Positions 61,451-64,000 of a stretch of DNA of 64,000 nucleotides are shown here, in pieces (positions within the stretch are counted from its first letter, which is position 1; each line of letters begins with the position of its first letter). This DNA is from Octopus vulgaris (taxonomy: Eukaryota). The notes below the pieces were generated by a model. It searched no databases, was not told where the DNA came from, and saw only the letters and a list, made by a program, of their open reading frames with translations. Both the position numbers and the translations under genes were made by a program. Location: positions 169,012,001-169,076,000 of the forward strand of contig OX597817.1 of the NCBI GenBank assembly GCA_951406725.2. Direction: 5' to 3'.

Positions 61451-61734
61451 AACCATCTTACACTGATTATTGTTATGATAACCCTTGCAGTTCTTATAAA
61501 CTCTTCAAACAATTCCTTATTTAACCTACCGCAATTTTTTTAATCCTTAGGTAATGTGTTGACTATTTGATTTTAACTTACTTTATTCTAAATAATAGAC
61601 TATTTTACTCAGTATAAACATTAAGTTAAATGTTTTTCTAGTTATTAGTTTTATCTCCTTTCTCAAATAAGGTCTGACCTTTCAACTGATAGATTCTTTG
61701 CAAATAAATAATGGATACTAACATATTTCTGAAT

Positions 61735-62587
61735 ACAATCAAAATCAAAATAGAAATCGATCAACATCAATGGAAATTGTAGCTGTGATACCAGTGCCGG
61801 TGGCACGTAAGTGAACCATTCGAACGTGGCCGTTGCCAGCGCCGCCCCGACGGGCCTCCGTGCTGGTGGCACGTAAAAAGCACCATCCGATTGTGGCCAT
61901 TGCCAGCCTCGCCTGGCCCCCGTGCCAGTGACACGTAAAAAGCACCATCCGATCGTGGCTGTTTGCCAGCCTTGTCTGGCCCCCATGCCGGTGACACGTA
62001 AAAAGCACCATCCGATTGTGGCCATTGCCAGCCTTGTCTGGCCCCCATGCCGGTGACACGTAAAAAGCACCATCCAATCGTGGCCGTTGCCAGCCTCGTC
62101 TGGCCCCCATGCCGGTAACACGTAAAAAGCACCATCCGATCATGGCTGTTTGCCAGCCTTGTCTGGCCCCCCATGCCGGTGACACGTAAAAAGCACCATC
62201 CAATCGTGGCCGTTGCCAGCCTCGTCTGGCCCCCATGCCGGTAACACGTAAAAAGCACCATCCGATCATGGCTGTTTGCCAGCCTTGTCTGGCCCCCATG
62301 CCGGTGACACGTAACAAGCACCATCCAATCGTGGCCGTTGCCAGCCTCGTCTGGCCCCCATGCCGGTAACACGTAAAAAGCACTATCCAATCGTGGCCGT
62401 TTGCCAGCCTTGCCTGGCACGTAAAAAGCACCCATTACACTCACGGAATGGTTGGCGTTAGGAAGGGCATCCAGCCATAGAAACATTGCCAGATCAGACT
62501 GGAGCCTGGTGCAGCCTCCTGGCTTCCCAGACCCCAGTTGAACCGTCCAACCCATGCTAGCATGGAAAGCAGATGCAAAATGATGAT
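61735..62587 (+). mobile_element. RTE 3'-UTR fragment with about 10 units of 62-63 bp
   Basis: Homologous to 25603-26370; RCACGTAA recurs every 62-65 bp. Confidence 0.88.
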
Positions 62588-63100
62588 AAATTTATTAACT
62601 GTTACCTTTAAATTAACCTGGTGTATTACACATACAAATTTCATTATTTCGGGGCCCACGTTTATTTGTTTATGCTGGTCAGTCTTCCAGTCATCAAGTA
62701 AACCAATTCTCTATTTTACTTCTCAGACTTTTTTTTCTAATTTTCCTATTTTTGTTTTTATTTTGATAACCCCACACTTCCTCTTGGGGTTAAAAATGAT
62801 GATAACGTCAGTTCCTACCGAACAGCCATGTTGAAGTGGTGATAAACCTTACTTCTCAGTACAGTTACTACATTCATCTCTTATAAAGATTTTCTAACGA
62901 GCTACTTTGCTCTAATTCATTTATCTTACTTGGCTGTATTCTTCCTTTTCCCTTTTCTCCTCTCCACTTTTATCATGATTAAGTAAAGGAAAAACTAAAG
63001 CCAGCTATAAATTAATATGGTAAATAATTGGGTTCTTTTTTAGGGCGTCAGGAACTGCCTTTGAACTTGTCTCCGTAGGGTTAGATGTTTGCTTGGCACC

Positions 63101-63489
63101 TACTCTTTTACTTGTTTCAGTCATTTTACTGCGGCCATGCTGGAGCACCGCCTTTTAATCGAGCCCGGGACTTATTCTTTTGTAAGCCCAGTACTTATTC
63201 TATCGGTCTCTTTTGCCGAACCGCTAAGTAACAGGGACATAAACACATCAGCATCGGTTGTCAAGCAATGCTAGGGGGACAAACATAGACACACAAACAC
63301 ACACACGCATATATATATGTACATATATACAACGGGCTTCTTTCAGTTTCCGTCTACCAAATCCACTCACAAGGCTTTGGTCGGCCCGAGGCTATAGTAG
63401 AAGACACTTGCCCAAGGTGCCACGCAGTGGGACTGAACCTGGAACCATGTGGTTGGTAAACAAGCTACTTACCACACAGCCACTCCCTG
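63101..63489 (-). mobile_element. SINE family B
   Basis: Homologous to the 15743 copy; another partial copy starts at about 63860. Confidence 0.87.
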
Positions 63490-64000
63490 TTATATTTGGA
63501 TAAGTTCTACCTCTATTGGCCTTTGTTAGAAGCAGTTGCTAAATTTAACGATTTCTGTAGATCTGAATACCTCTGTCTTTATATTTATAACCCTATTCCC
63601 CTCTTGATCAGCTTGTTGACACATCCACCTTAAATTTCTTAAAATGTTGGTATTCTTATTAGAAATTTCACTTGTTGAGACCACTTCATTTGTGAAGCTC
63701 CAAGGAAGCTATAAGGTAATGTACAAACACTCAACTATGAATGCATTGTATCTTGTAGCAGAAACAGCTGTAAGCTATTGAAGTTCAGTGCATAATTTCC
63801 TGTTCATTTGTCATTTATTTGTGCATGTGTATCTATATATCTATCTATATATCTATATATCTTTTACTCTTTTACTTGTTTCAGTCATTTGACTGTGGAG
63901 CACCGCCATTAGGACTTATTCTTTGTAAGCCCAGTACTTATTCTATCAGTCTCTTTTGCTGAACTGCTAAGTTATGGGGGATGTAAACACACCAGCATCA

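Overview
AT-rich, microsatellite-dense animal genomic DNA. The SINE families and repeat landscape point to an octopod cephalopod (inferred, not proven). The only host gene I can support is the 3' end of IMMP2L (mitochondrial inner-membrane peptidase subunit 2, S26 family) on the + strand: a 103-nt internal exon at 46642-46744 that the ORF track misses, and a terminal exon at 47981-48112. I found no upstream exon, so 1-46641 is probably one very large intron. The rest is mobile or repetitive DNA: three tRNA-like SINE families, RTE, CR1 and R4/Dong LINE fragments, Penelope-like elements (PLEs), Tc1/mariner relics, non-autonomous Helitrons, a Gypsy relic, a MITE and several satellites. The most notable hidden structure is a set of short, mostly unrelated, microsatellite-associated fold-back elements carrying minimal type I hammerhead ribozyme motifs. 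One sits in the terminal repeat of a GIY-YIG Penelope element, and one well-formed copy has the compensatory U3:A8 core. All calls were made by eye, without database searches or folding software, so repeat boundaries are approximate.
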